Both the position numbers and the translations under genes were made by a program. A DNA stretch of 64,000 nucleotides from Candidatus Methanomethylicia archaeon (GTDB lineage Archaea; Thermoproteota; Methanomethylicia; CALHIW01), in the NCBI GenBank assembly GCA_038845975.1, contig JAWBQF010000005.1, forward strand, positions 1 to 64,000, given 5' to 3'. This document shows, in pieces, positions 31,439 through 41,792 of the stretch; position 1 is the first letter of the stretch, and every line of letters begins with the position of its first letter. Under the pieces are notes generated by a model, which did not search any database, was not told the DNA's origin, and was given only the letters and a program-made list of their open reading frames with translations.

Positions 31439-32806
31439 ATGCTCTCTAAATCTGCTAAAATATATAAGATGGAATATAGTAAGGTGTACTGTGCATCTAT
31501 TATGAGATCTAGAGAGAGACTTTTAACAGCGTTAAGACATGAGGAGGCAGATAGAGTTCCAATAGATTTAGGGTCTACTGACGTTACTGGAGTAAATTGT
31601 TTAGTATATAGAGAGCTTAGAAGATTTTTAGGTTTACCTGATAGACCTATTAGACCATTGATTACTAGCGGTTCAGATCCATCGCTTTTCACATTTTACA
31701 ATATGGTTGCTGAAGTAGAGAAGGAAGTTTTAGATATGTTACATGTTGATGTCATCTCAATCAATAGAACTTTAGAACCTACATTAGGTGTTAGAAAACT
31801 TTCTAAAGCATTCATTAATAATGAATGGCAAATTACTGAAGTAGAGTTTAAGCAATGGTATTGGAGGGAATGGGACTTAACTATAGAGATACCAGAGTAC
31901 ATAGACATAATTGAAGATAGGGATCGCTATACAGCTAAGCTAGGAGCTCGGGAGCATGCTGTAGCTCCTAGAAGAAGCTTCTACTTTGATTCAAGACGTT
32001 TTAGTACACCCCTAAAAAATGTTAAAGGTATTGCTGAAGTTAAAAACTTTAATTGGGATTCCTATAAAATTTCAGATTTAGTCCTTGAAGATCTTAGGAA
32101 GAGAGCTGAATACCTATATAAAAATACAGATTATGGACTAGTATACTTTAGAGTGGGAAGTATACATGCTTGGCCTCAGGATTTAAGAGGTTGGCCTCAA
32201 TGGTTATCTGATTTAAGGCTAAGAAGAGCTTTAGCTGAAGCTATACTGGATCACGTTATGGATGTTGTCACATATAATACTAGGAAAATTGTTGATACTA
32301 TAGGAAACTATGTACAGGTAATAGGCTTAGCTGATGATCTTGGAACTGAGGAAAGCCCCCAAATATCAGTTCAAATGTTTAAGGATATTTATAAGCATAG
32401 ATATGAAATAATCTTTACATATATAAAGAGGTACAGTAAATCATATACGTTTCTTCATAGTGATGGAGCTATATATCCATTTATTAAGGAGTTTATTGAT
32501 ATAGGGTTGGATATATTGAATCCTATTCAGATATCTGCTAGAGGTATGGATCCTGAAAAGCTTAAGAAGGAATTTGGAGAGCAATTAGCGTTTTGGGGTG
32601 GTGGTGCAGATACACAGCGTGTACTACCATTTGTAGAACCGGAGGGAATTACAGATCATGTCGAGAAACTCGTAAGAATATTTGCTCCTAAAGGGGGATA
32701 TGTATTTGCTCCCATACATAATATCCAGCCAAGTACACCACCAGAAAATATAGTAGCGATGTTTAACACAGCATATAAGCATGGAAAATACTCAATAAAT
32801 AAGTAA
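31439..32806 (+). CDS. Uroporphyrinogen decarboxylase / MtaA-CmuA family corrinoid-dependent methyltransferase; likely start ATG 31502
   Basis: MRSRER..HEEADRVPIDLG, DDLG, FLHSDG, LNPIQ, FWGGGADTQ, HNIQ..PPENI; adjacent corrinoid protein. Confidence 0.85.
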   Translation: MLSKSAKIYKMEYSKVYCASIMRSRERLLTALRHEEADRVPIDLGSTDVTGVNCLVYRELRRFLGLPDRPIRPLITSGSDPSLFTFYNMVAEVEKEVLDMLHVDVISINRTLEPTLGVRKLSKAFINNEWQITEVEFKQWYWREWDLTIEIPEYIDIIEDRDRYTAKLGAREHAVAPRRSFYFDSRRFSTPLKNVKGIAEVKNFNWDSYKISDLVLEDLRKRAEYLYKNTDYGLVYFRVGSIHAWPQDLRGWPQWLSDLRLRRALAEAILDHVMDVVTYNTRKIVDTIGNYVQVIGLADDLGTEESPQISVQMFKDIYKHRYEIIFTYIKRYSKSYTFLHSDGAIYPFIKEFIDIGLDILNPIQISARGMDPEKLKKEFGEQLAFWGGGADTQRVLPFVEPEGITDHVEKLVRIFAPKGGYVFAPIHNIQPSTPPENIVAMFNTAYKHGKYSINK

Positions 32807-32823
32807 GTTAATCGGTGTTATAA

Positions 32824-33462
32824 ATGAGTCTTCTAAATCTTATAAGAGATTCCATAGCTAATCTTGATATGGATTCAACTCTGAAGTATGTTAGTGAGGC
32901 CTTAAAGCATAGTATTTCAATTATGGATATTGTTAACAGCCTATCTAATGGCATGAGGCTTATCGGCGAGAAGTATGAGAAGAGTGAGTATTTTATTGCT
33001 GAACTTACTGTAGCTGTAGAAATATTCAATGAAGCTATAAGTATTTTAAAGCCAAAGATTTTAGAGAAGGGTGAAATTAAGCATATTGGAAAGATTGTTA
33101 TAGGAACTGTTGAAGGTGATCTTCATGATGTGGGGAAGAATCTTGTTAAAACCATACTGGAAGTAAATGGATTTGAAGTTATAGATTTAGGAGTAGATGT
33201 ATCACCAGAAAGATTTGCAGAGGCAGTAAAACAATATAAGCCAGATATTGTTGGTATAAGTACTTTACTAACATCAACAATGGTAAACATAGAGAGGGTA
33301 ATAGAGACATTAGAAAGTAATGGCTTAAGAAGTAAGGTTAAAATTATTATTGGTGGAGCACCAGTAACACAGCAATTTACAGAGAGTATTAGAGCTGATG
33401 CTTATGGAGAAAATGCATTCAAAGCTGTTGAAGTATGTAAGAAGCTAGTAGGAAATAGTTAG
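32824..33462 (+). CDS. Methyltransferase-cognate corrinoid protein (MtaC/MtbC-like)
   Basis: Cap domain plus GTVEGDLHDVGKNLV (DxHxxG), IIGGAP. Confidence 0.93.
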   Translation: MSLLNLIRDSIANLDMDSTLKYVSEALKHSISIMDIVNSLSNGMRLIGEKYEKSEYFIAELTVAVEIFNEAISILKPKILEKGEIKHIGKIVIGTVEGDLHDVGKNLVKTILEVNGFEVIDLGVDVSPERFAEAVKQYKPDIVGISTLLTSTMVNIERVIETLESNGLRSKVKIIIGGAPVTQQFTESIRADAYGENAFKAVEVCKKLVGNS

Positions 33463-33874
33463 GTATTATAGGTTTCAATAACTGCAGTACCGGTAATCTA
33501 TAAGTTTCTAACTACATATCTTTATGTTTCTAATTATGTTAATATTCTCTATAAATTGCATTTACTATAAAAGTAGATCTTTAAAGCTCGTTTTATTATT
33601 CATTTAACAACCTTGGTTACTGAACGTCATATATTGAAGCCTAGACTTAATGATATGTAGTTTAGATTTGTTCCTACATGCATTATACTGTTACATTAAG
33701 AAAAATAATCAGTATATTTATGGTTAAAACGATAGCTACTTATGTTTTCAATTATAAGCATATTGAAATAATAGAGACCATTATTGGAAGACTTAGAATT
33801 GAGATGTTAGAGTACTGGTTACTATAGGCATTTGTAAGCTAATTGTACTTCAATATTTTAAAATGTATTCCATG

Positions 33875-34633
33875 TTAAATAAGCTCTTCTGGAATACATT
33901 TAGGATTATAGCTAACTCTAGGCTTTAAGCCTGCTTTTCTCAGTCTCTCCATAACATGTGGATATTCAAAAACATACTCCTCCTCAAACTCCCTATCTAG
34001 TACTTCATCTATCTCTATTAGTTCTCTTTTTAGCTGTCTTATATTTTCCTTACTGCTAAAGCTTAACATTACTGCTGGATGACACTCAACACCATAATTT
34101 AAAAGATTTCTTAACGCATTAATCTGGTAGTTAAAAGATTCTGGATATGCCCCTGTTAGTTTTGTAAATTCTTCTTCTGTACATCCCTTTATGGAAACCC
34201 TAACATGAATATTTTCAAATCTAGATAAATCCCTAGCATAAGATTTATCATAACCTATAAGTATACCATTAGTTTCAAGAATGAAAATATATCTATTATA
34301 CTGATCATTTAGCTCCAGTACCCTTAATAAATGTTCTCTACCTATTGTCGGCTCATTACCACTAATTCTAATATATTTATAACCCTTCCTACTTGCAATT
34401 TGATCTAGCTTTAAGAATACTTCTTCTGGACTATAGAATTTACCTATTTTATCCGGATGGTCTCTAGGAGCTCCACTCCAGCAGAAAACACATCTAAGAT
34501 TACATCCAACACAGTCAGCAGCCGCACATCCACCATACCATTTACCACCACGAGCAACACGATAATACTTCCTAAACAAACCATTAACAGTTAATTTCCT
34601 CATAGTATCAGACAACTTAATAGGATCATACAA
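33875..34633 (-). CDS. Radical SAM protein
   Basis: CNLRCVFC (CxxxCxxC), RISGNEP, LETNG. Confidence 0.9.
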   Translation of the reverse strand: MYDPIKLSDTMRKLTVNGLFRKYYRVARGGKWYGGCAAADCVGCNLRCVFCWSGAPRDHPDKIGKFYSPEEVFLKLDQIASRKGYKYIRISGNEPTIGREHLLRVLELNDQYNRYIFILETNGILIGYDKSYARDLSRFENIHVRVSIKGCTEEEFTKLTGAYPESFNYQINALRNLLNYGVECHPAVMLSFSSKENIRQLKRELIEIDEVLDREFEEEYVFEYPHVMERLRKAGLKPRVSYNPKCIPEELI

Positions 34634-34749
34634 TCTAAAACACCGCCAACTACTATCTAACTTACAATTAAATCCCTTTATTCCTTTCGCTTATGTAATT
34701 ACTAACTATATAAAATGCATGAACAGAAAATAAAGCTATTTTTAACATA

Positions 34750-34814
34750 GAACCCTTTTGAAACTCTTAGGGATTTGTTTAGTCAAATTAGACAATGAGG
34801 TTTCAGATGAACTT
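34750..34814. mobile_element. Possible ~65-bp IS5-derived MITE
   Basis: Ends GAACCCTTTTGAAAC / GTTTCAGATGAACTT resemble the IS5 TIR at 19228/20067; ATA on both flanks. Confidence 0.4.
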
Positions 34815-34890
34815 ATACTCTAATAACTGCGTATCTGCCAAAATTTTAAAATACTATATTCTTCCGTATTTTTTGCTAGCTAAATCATTG

Positions 34891-36033
34891 TTAAAACAAT
34901 GAAAATATTATGGTAATCAATATTGTACTCGATACTGCTAGGACTATGTATCTGTAAACGGTAGGTATATCTGCTCCATAATGACTTGTAGATAATATAA
35001 GACATGAATGTCCTGGACTAAGCATAACCCCCATATAGCCTCCTAGAAATGCCCATAGTAATCCTTTACCTGAGAGGAAGGGGAGGAGAGGAGGAAAGAC
35101 TAAAGCTACATATGTAAACTCTGCACCTGTAGCTAAGCCAATTATGAAGGGGATGAGGAATAATGCTAGCCACCAAACCGATTCTAGAATGCTTGTTAAA
35201 GAATGCATTATACCACTCTCCTTAATATACTGACTAAACACTAGAGATTCTATTACTAGAATGATGATTGTCGGATTTAATGCATATTTAACTGATTTCA
35301 AACAGCTTCTTAATTTAGGTTTATAAATAATTAATGATATAGTTAAAATCATAATTAATGAAAAAACTATACTTACCCTTAAGAGGATTACAAATATAGA
35401 GATAAGTATAAATATCCATAGATGTATTAGCCCTCTTAAATCATGTTTAATATTGCGGTCTCCTTTAAGTTTAGGTATAGCTATTACTAGTCCAGCTATT
35501 ACTGAAGCAAGAGCAGAAGGCCAGGTTATGGAAACTATCTCTATCGGTGTTTTATTAAGTATTCCTGAAGCCAATATTATGCCCTGATATAGAGGCCATA
35601 CTGGAGCCCATATATGGCGAAACCAATAGTTAATAAAAGCTTCTTCTTGAGGCCTTAACTTCATTTTATCATAAAGCGTCTTTGTCATAACAGCTGATAC
35701 ATAAGCTCCCCCAGGCATAGGAAGTAAGCCTATTACTGCAGGTATAGCTACAGCTGCAGATCTATAGCCAAACGTACTTAAACCATCAACAATCCTATCA
35801 GTAACCCCTAATTCTCCAAGTAGAGATGCAAGAAACATAGCTAGTATGAGAGCAGATAAAACCTCAATCATTGTAGGGTTAAATGCTATAACTGTTGCTT
35901 TAATCATATTTAAGCCTACAGCCACTACACCGTAAAATACTGTTCCAACCCCTAAAGCAACAGCGACATTTACATGTTTAAAAACCATAATAACCACTAT
36001 TAGTATTGAAATTAACAATAATACCTCCAACAT
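34891..36033 (-). CDS. DUF401-family membrane transporter
   Basis: PAVIGLLPMPGGA..SA, INYWFRHIW...WPLY, GVMLSPGHSCL. Confidence 0.85.
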   Translation of the reverse strand: MLEVLLLISILIVVIMVFKHVNVAVALGVGTVFYGVVAVGLNMIKATVIAFNPTMIEVLSALILAMFLASLLGELGVTDRIVDGLSTFGYRSAAVAIPAVIGLLPMPGGAYVSAVMTKTLYDKMKLRPQEEAFINYWFRHIWAPVWPLYQGIILASGILNKTPIEIVSITWPSALASVIAGLVIAIPKLKGDRNIKHDLRGLIHLWIFILISIFVILLRVSIVFSLIMILTISLIIYKPKLRSCLKSVKYALNPTIIILVIESLVFSQYIKESGIMHSLTSILESVWWLALFLIPFIIGLATGAEFTYVALVFPPLLPFLSGKGLLWAFLGGYMGVMLSPGHSCLILSTSHYGADIPTVYRYIVLAVSSTILITIIFSLF

Positions 36034-36081
36034 AGCAGTTTTCTCAACCCAACCTTATTTAAGCATTACTACTAGATAAGT

Positions 36082-36673
36082 GGGCATGACAACTTAAAAT
36101 TATATGTTTTCGCTTAACTTATCTCATGTTTAGTATTTGGGAAGAGCAAGATCCTATTAAGCTCAAGTTTTAGGCTTAGCTTTATGTTTAGATGTTAGTC
36201 TTAGGCTGGAGTTTTATTTGAGGCAGATTCGAAGACTCTTTGAAGTGGATTAGGAAGCTGAGGAGAAAATTAGTATTATCCCCAAACTAGGAGCTTAAGC
36301 TTTAGATGAGACATACAAAGGTTAATGGATTAGAGTATTTAGTATACGTAACTATAGATATTAATAGGAAAGAGGTTTTATCAATGAATTCCTCAAGGAA
36401 TATGCTTACATCTAAGTACTCCATAATGTTTAAAGTACTATGATGATAAGCTAAAATTCATTATCGATAATCTGTCATAGCTTACAAACACCTAAGACTT
36501 AAACCTTACATTATTAAATCCCTTCAATAATAGAAGCCTATAGATTCTATTACTTTCCCTCAAACAAGAACTAAGATACCTTCAATCCCATAGCAAGAGT
36601 GAAAGATTCAGAAAAATCCATATTCATATTCTATTACAATCATTTGAGAAGATGATGTTAAGTTGTCACGTCT
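36082..36673 (+). mobile_element. Decayed IS6-family element, 592 bp
   Basis: TIRs GGGCATGACAACTTAA / TTAAGTTGTCACGTCT. 8-bp flanks AGATAAGT / AGATAGGT. Remnant LDET..KVNGLEY....IDINRKEVL. Confidence 0.8.
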
Positions 36674-37042
36674 AGATAGGTTTTGTAAACCTAGGCTTTT
36701 TCTAGAGGTTCTCCTTAACTATAGCATAGATTATGGCAAGAATTATTAGATTTATTTAGAGAGATAAAATGTGGAGAATAATAGTCCTAGTCAAACTAAG
36801 AATGAGAGCTTATTCAACATATGGGGAATAAGGACCAATATATTGTTAAATCCCAGAATAATTAAAAACACTTTAAGTGTAAAGAATTAACTCCCCTCTA
36901 TAGGAACATATAAACATGAAATACTTCCCATAACTTAAATGAAGTAGACTATAATATACAGAAAATTAGCGTTAATCATCATTCAACATTACTATTCATA
37001 ATGATACATATATGTTTTAAACAATTTAATCACTATGATATA

Positions 37043-37813
37043 TTAATCTACATTATTAAGCTCAGGATAGTTATGAAATCCTAACTCTTCGCCCCATGAT
37101 ATCTGATAGTCAAAGTAATTCATATAAATATTAGCCTCTACTATCTTTTTCAATCCCTTTCTTAAATGCTCTAATACTACTGGTTTTGAAATTTTTAACA
37201 TTTGTGAGAAATTATTTAGACTTTCTCTACGTGGCCAATCTAGAAGTCCATTATAATACGATAAAAGCATTATTTCTTTCTCTTTTGAGGTTAGAATTTC
37301 ACTTTTCCCAAAGTGTGCTAAAAGCTCACATGGACTAATAGTACCTATTTTTAGCTTTTTAATTAAAGCCACCATTTTAATACTTGATTCAAGATCTTTA
37401 ATAATCATCTTTGAGGGTATGATTAATAGCCAGTATTCAAATCCATTGTAAATATATTCTCTCTGCATTATAATAGGATACTCATAAAGTAAAGAATCAA
37501 TACTTTCTCTATACTTCATCTTAATAATAGATAGAATTAAGTTCTTATGTTTGTTTAAAGGAATAATCCTAAGAACACATTTTCCACCATCGCTTCTTCT
37601 AAATTCCTTTAAGAAGCTAAATATTCCCCTTCTACTACTTGCCTTAATCAACACTATTTTCTCTAATTGTTCCGTATATATACATATTCTAGTCGTAACA
37701 ACATCTACTTGTAGATTATAATCCTTAAAATACTCAGTTAAAGTTGTCCAACAATGGTAATGCCTTAAAATCATATAAACCTTGTAAAAACTGTCTATTT
37801 GCACATAATTCAA
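37043..37813 (-). CDS. HTH_10 (bacterio-opsin-activator-type) transcriptional regulator
   Basis: N-terminal H.HCW; C-terminal LTSKEKEI..SYYNGLLDWPRR.SL...ISKPVVLEHLRKGLKK. Divergent from the Tat gene pair. Confidence 0.8.
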   Translation of the reverse strand: MNYVQIDSFYKVYMILRHYHCWTTLTEYFKDYNLQVDVVTTRICIYTEQLEKIVLIKASSRRGIFSFLKEFRRSDGGKCVLRIIPLNKHKNLILSIIKMKYRESIDSLLYEYPIIMQREYIYNGFEYWLLIIPSKMIIKDLESSIKMVALIKKLKIGTISPCELLAHFGKSEILTSKEKEIMLLSYYNGLLDWPRRESLNNFSQMLKISKPVVLEHLRKGLKKIVEANIYMNYFDYQISWGEELGFHNYPELNNVD

Positions 37814-37896
37814 TCTCTTACTATCTTAAATATTTTTCCCTAATATATTTTGAATAAAAAATATTAAGATTAATATCCAAATAATACCGGATATAT

Positions 37897-38763
37897 ATGT
37901 CTTCGAATAGAAGAAGTTTCCTAAAGCTTTTAGGTCTAAGTACTGCTAGTTTTACGATTGGTAATGTTCTAGGTAATATTGTTCCAATGCTTACATCTTC
38001 ACCTAAAGAACTGGAGGAGGAGAATCCCAAGTCCTCTACGAAGGAAGCTATGGTGACCGCTGTTGTCTATAGGAAAGTTATTGATTTAACACATTGGCTC
38101 TACCATGACTGTCCATGTTGGGCTACTTTACCTAGCATGAAAATAGATCAAACATACTGGGCAGCTAGAGATGCATTTACCTTACATGAGATTAAATTCC
38201 ATACTCATATAGGTACTCACTACGACTTTCCTGCTCACTTCATACCTGAAGGGAAAACTCAAACCGACTTTCCAAATCCTGAAAGCTTTATGGGGGAAGC
38301 TGTTGTATTAAACTTCCAATTCATGAAACCTGGAGAAGAAATAGCAGCTTCAGATCTTAAGAAGTATGCAGAACATATAAAGGAGGGCTCTATAGTACTT
38401 CTAGATACCGGATGGAGTAAGAAGAGAGGTAAAAACTCAGACTATCTATATTTCTTCCCAGCCTTAAGCGTTGATGGAGCACAATATTTAGCAGACCGTA
38501 AAATAAAAATGGTTGGAACCGAAGGTTTAAGCATAGCCCCTTGGACCTCAACAGTCACTATGCAGGGACCTGTTGGTAGAAGTAGTCCAATAGCAGTTCA
38601 TAGAGCCCTATTGGAAAAAGACATCTTAATAGTAGAGGAATTAAACAATCTTGAAGCTGTTAGAGAAGGGAAAGATGTTGGTAAATGCTTTTTTATAGCT
38701 CTTCCTCTAAAGATAAAGGATATAGAGGGATGTCCAGCTAGAGCTATAGCCCTCCTAACATAA
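37897..38763 (+). CDS. Cyclase / kynurenine formamidase-family metallohydrolase with Tat signal
   Basis: SNRRSFLK plus hydrophobic stretch. HIGTHYDFPAH, H..LL...ILIVEEL.NL, PLKI...EGCPARA. Confidence 0.88.
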   Translation: MSSNRRSFLKLLGLSTASFTIGNVLGNIVPMLTSSPKELEEENPKSSTKEAMVTAVVYRKVIDLTHWLYHDCPCWATLPSMKIDQTYWAARDAFTLHEIKFHTHIGTHYDFPAHFIPEGKTQTDFPNPESFMGEAVVLNFQFMKPGEEIAASDLKKYAEHIKEGSIVLLDTGWSKKRGKNSDYLYFFPALSVDGAQYLADRKIKMVGTEGLSIAPWTSTVTMQGPVGRSSPIAVHRALLEKDILIVEELNNLEAVREGKDVGKCFFIALPLKIKDIEGCPARAIALLT

Positions 38764-38785
38764 ACATTTTTTATTAGGTTACAAT

Positions 38786-40264
38786 ATGAGCAGCTCTTCT
38801 ACTAGTAGGAGGGAGTTTATTAAGCTTGCTACTACAGTGCTTGGAGGTGCTATCGTCGGCGGGCTTATAGGTGGATATACTGGTGCATATTCTGCTCCAA
38901 AGCCTCCACTAGAGGTTGGTTTTAATCCACCATATAGACCTGTAAAGATTCCAACACCTCCACCTACTCCTCCTGGAGCACGTACTCTAGTTGCTATTTC
39001 GAAGTTTAATGAGAATACTCCTGAAGCATTTGAAGCTGCAGTTAAAAACTTAATAAATACTTTGGGAAGAGATAAGTTCAACAAGTTAGTTAGTGGTAGA
39101 ACAGTACTTCTAAAGGTAAATTGGGTTGATCCATTTTTAGTTTCTTGGTCTGAGGATCCTCCAAATGCTAAAGTAGGAAGATTAGCAGCTCATACACCCC
39201 CATACTTAATAGTTGCCGTAGCTAAAGCTGTACGTGATGCTGGTGCTAGAAGAGTTATTATTGGGGAGAGTTCAGCTTTCTCTACTTTTTCATCTGCATA
39301 TGAGGTACTGTATCTACGTGGTAAGGAATATATGGAATTACCTAAGGAAGTTGAAGAGTTGAAGTTTGTTGAACTAGCTGACTTTAACAATCAGAAGCAA
39401 TATCTTGTAGATGTGCCGAACCCCTATGCTATGTATAAGGTAGTTATGCCTACTGCAATCAGAGAAGCAGATGTTATAATAAGTCTTTCAAGACTGAAAA
39501 CACATAGAATGGCTAGGATTACAGCAGGTTTAAAGAATTTAAGTGTAGGTGGAATACCTAGTAGTGCAACATCACCTGCTGCAGCTAATGCTGGAGACTG
39601 GAAGAAGTGGCAAGAATTTGAGAAGAAGTTTAACGATGCATCATATAAGGATAAGAAGACAATTGGATCCGACTTCGTAAAAACTAGGCTACATGGAGCA
39701 AGTAGTTACTACTTCCCTAAGCTAGCTGGATCAGCTTTACCAACAATCTCAAAGAATGGGTTTATAAATGCTGTTATGCCTCCTGAGTATGCTATGTATC
39801 AAGGTGCAGAAATAGCCGATTGTCTTGAAGTATTTGGAGGAATACAACTATCTATTATAGCGGCGGAATATGGTTTAGAAGGGGAAGCACCAGTATTTCA
39901 GCAAAAATCGTTTCCAGTAGATATGAAGGAAAGACTTGGAAGCTATATGCTTATAGGTAGTTTTGACCCTGTTGCTTGCGATGTTGTAGGTGCAAGAATA
40001 ATAGGTTGGGGTCCTCAGGAAATCATGTCATGGCCAGGAATACCTGGGCTTCACTTCTGCTCAATGAAAGGATTGGGAGTAATGGATCCCGCTCAAATAG
40101 AGGTACGAGGACTAAAAGAAACTCCAATACCTGCATCCTCAGTAGATATGCCAAGCGCTATGTTCCTAAGGTCACCATGGGATACTGTATGGTGGTCTGA
40201 CTGGTGGCTACCAGATCTTAAAAAATACGGAGAACCACGTATTCTATCAGGGCTTGAAGCATAA
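38786..40264 (+). CDS. DUF362-domain protein with Tat signal
   Basis: SRREFIK plus TM and Pro linker. VLLKVN, IIGESS, LSRLKTH..IT.GLKN, GLEGEAP, DPVACD. Confidence 0.82.
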   Translation: MSSSSTSRREFIKLATTVLGGAIVGGLIGGYTGAYSAPKPPLEVGFNPPYRPVKIPTPPPTPPGARTLVAISKFNENTPEAFEAAVKNLINTLGRDKFNKLVSGRTVLLKVNWVDPFLVSWSEDPPNAKVGRLAAHTPPYLIVAVAKAVRDAGARRVIIGESSAFSTFSSAYEVLYLRGKEYMELPKEVEELKFVELADFNNQKQYLVDVPNPYAMYKVVMPTAIREADVIISLSRLKTHRMARITAGLKNLSVGGIPSSATSPAAANAGDWKKWQEFEKKFNDASYKDKKTIGSDFVKTRLHGASSYYFPKLAGSALPTISKNGFINAVMPPEYAMYQGAEIADCLEVFGGIQLSIIAAEYGLEGEAPVFQQKSFPVDMKERLGSYMLIGSFDPVACDVVGARIIGWGPQEIMSWPGIPGLHFCSMKGLGVMDPAQIEVRGLKETPIPASSVDMPSAMFLRSPWDTVWWSDWWLPDLKKYGEPRILSGLEA

Positions 40265-40389
40265 CTAATACCTTAATAATAAATTAATCTTTTTATACCC
40301 ATAACCCCATTTTTCTTATTCTAAATAAATTAATGATGTGTTAATTATGGCTTAAGCATGAAGCTTAAAAACTATAAGTTAGGATTAAG

Positions 40390-41613
40390 CTAGTCTGAAT
40401 GACTATTAATTCTTTTCCTTGTTTTTATGAGTGTTGAGCTAATGAGTGCAATTATACTACTTATTAGTAGAAATAAATACATGAATCTATATGCCTGTAT
40501 TGGGTATATACCCTCATGTTTAAAGCTATCTAATATATATCCAGTTATAGGCTGATATAATGCTGCACTTATAAATGGAAGCATATTATATACCCCACTT
40601 ATAGTACCGTAAATTCTTGATGGATAATTCTCCCTGATGATTGTAAAGCTAATAGGTATCGCACTAATAGATGCCCCTGTAAGTGCTGATGTGAGATAGA
40701 GTTCAAACAATGAAAGGCTATCCGTTCTTGACGTTAATAGAGTCCATGAAGTAATATTTAAAATAGTTGCGAAAACTATAACTTTCTTCCTATCATGTAG
40801 GATTCTATCTGAAATTAATCCGAAGAGAGGAGCGCATATTAACCCGCTAATAGGTGCTAGCATTACAATTCCACTTGCTGATGCCTTATCTAGACCGTAG
40901 ACCTGCATAATGTATGGAATACCCCATATGCCCTGGTAAACCATAGATGAACTATAGTTAAAAATCATCCAGAAGTTAAGGAGGAGAAAGCTTTTATCTC
41001 TTATGACATGTTTTATATCTGCTAAACTCATCAATGCCTTCTTTTCATCTTTTCTACTTCTTGCTGGTCTAGCTATGAGCCAACATATAAGTGTTGGGAT
41101 AATCATGATAATAGCTATTAGTATAAGTGCTGTTCTCCATCCAAGAAGTAAAACCATATATGCGAACGGTATTGTTGCAGCTATTGCTCCTAAGTAGCCA
41201 CTTGAAGCTAAAGCCCCACTTACACTTGCATAGTTTTCCTCTTTAATCCATTCTGAAAACAGTTTTAATCCTGAAACCCAAGGTGCACCAACACCTATAC
41301 CGATTAGAATTCTTCCCATCATTGCCATATAGATATTGGTAGATAATGCAAATATAATTACTCCTATAATAGATAATGTAGAAAATAGAAACATTGTTTT
41401 TCCAGGTCCTATAGTATCATTAAGTGTGCCTATAGGTATCTGGATGAAGGCGTAGAAGTAAAAGTACATTGAACTGAGAAGTCCTACAAGTGTAGCTGAA
41501 GCAAAAAAGTCATTCATTAAGTTATCAGCGATAACATTCATATTTACCCTATGAAAATGACTAAAAAAATAAAGTGAAGCTGGAATAACTACCAACAATA
41601 TCTTCCTTACCAT
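40390..41613 (-). CDS. MFS transporter
   Basis: About 12 TM. YAFIQIPIGTLNDTIGP, GRILIGIG, GLISDRI. Confidence 0.9.
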   Translation of the reverse strand: MVRKILLVVIPASLYFFSHFHRVNMNVIADNLMNDFFASATLVGLLSSMYFYFYAFIQIPIGTLNDTIGPGKTMFLFSTLSIIGVIIFALSTNIYMAMMGRILIGIGVGAPWVSGLKLFSEWIKEENYASVSGALASSGYLGAIAATIPFAYMVLLLGWRTALILIAIIMIIPTLICWLIARPARSRKDEKKALMSLADIKHVIRDKSFLLLNFWMIFNYSSSMVYQGIWGIPYIMQVYGLDKASASGIVMLAPISGLICAPLFGLISDRILHDRKKVIVFATILNITSWTLLTSRTDSLSLFELYLTSALTGASISAIPISFTIIRENYPSRIYGTISGVYNMLPFISAALYQPITGYILDSFKHEGIYPIQAYRFMYLFLLISSIIALISSTLIKTRKRINSHSD

Positions 41614-41792
41614 AAAATTGAAACCAGCTTAATGTTTATTTATACTTTACGTTAATATTCATGAATATTCTCAAGATAACCTCCCTTGGTTTCTTCTGCT
41701 ACATAATGTTTCCATTAGCTAGCTAGTATAGTGTAATTATACTTTTATCTAAGTGAAATAATATTTCCCATAATTATACATTTAGGTTTTAA

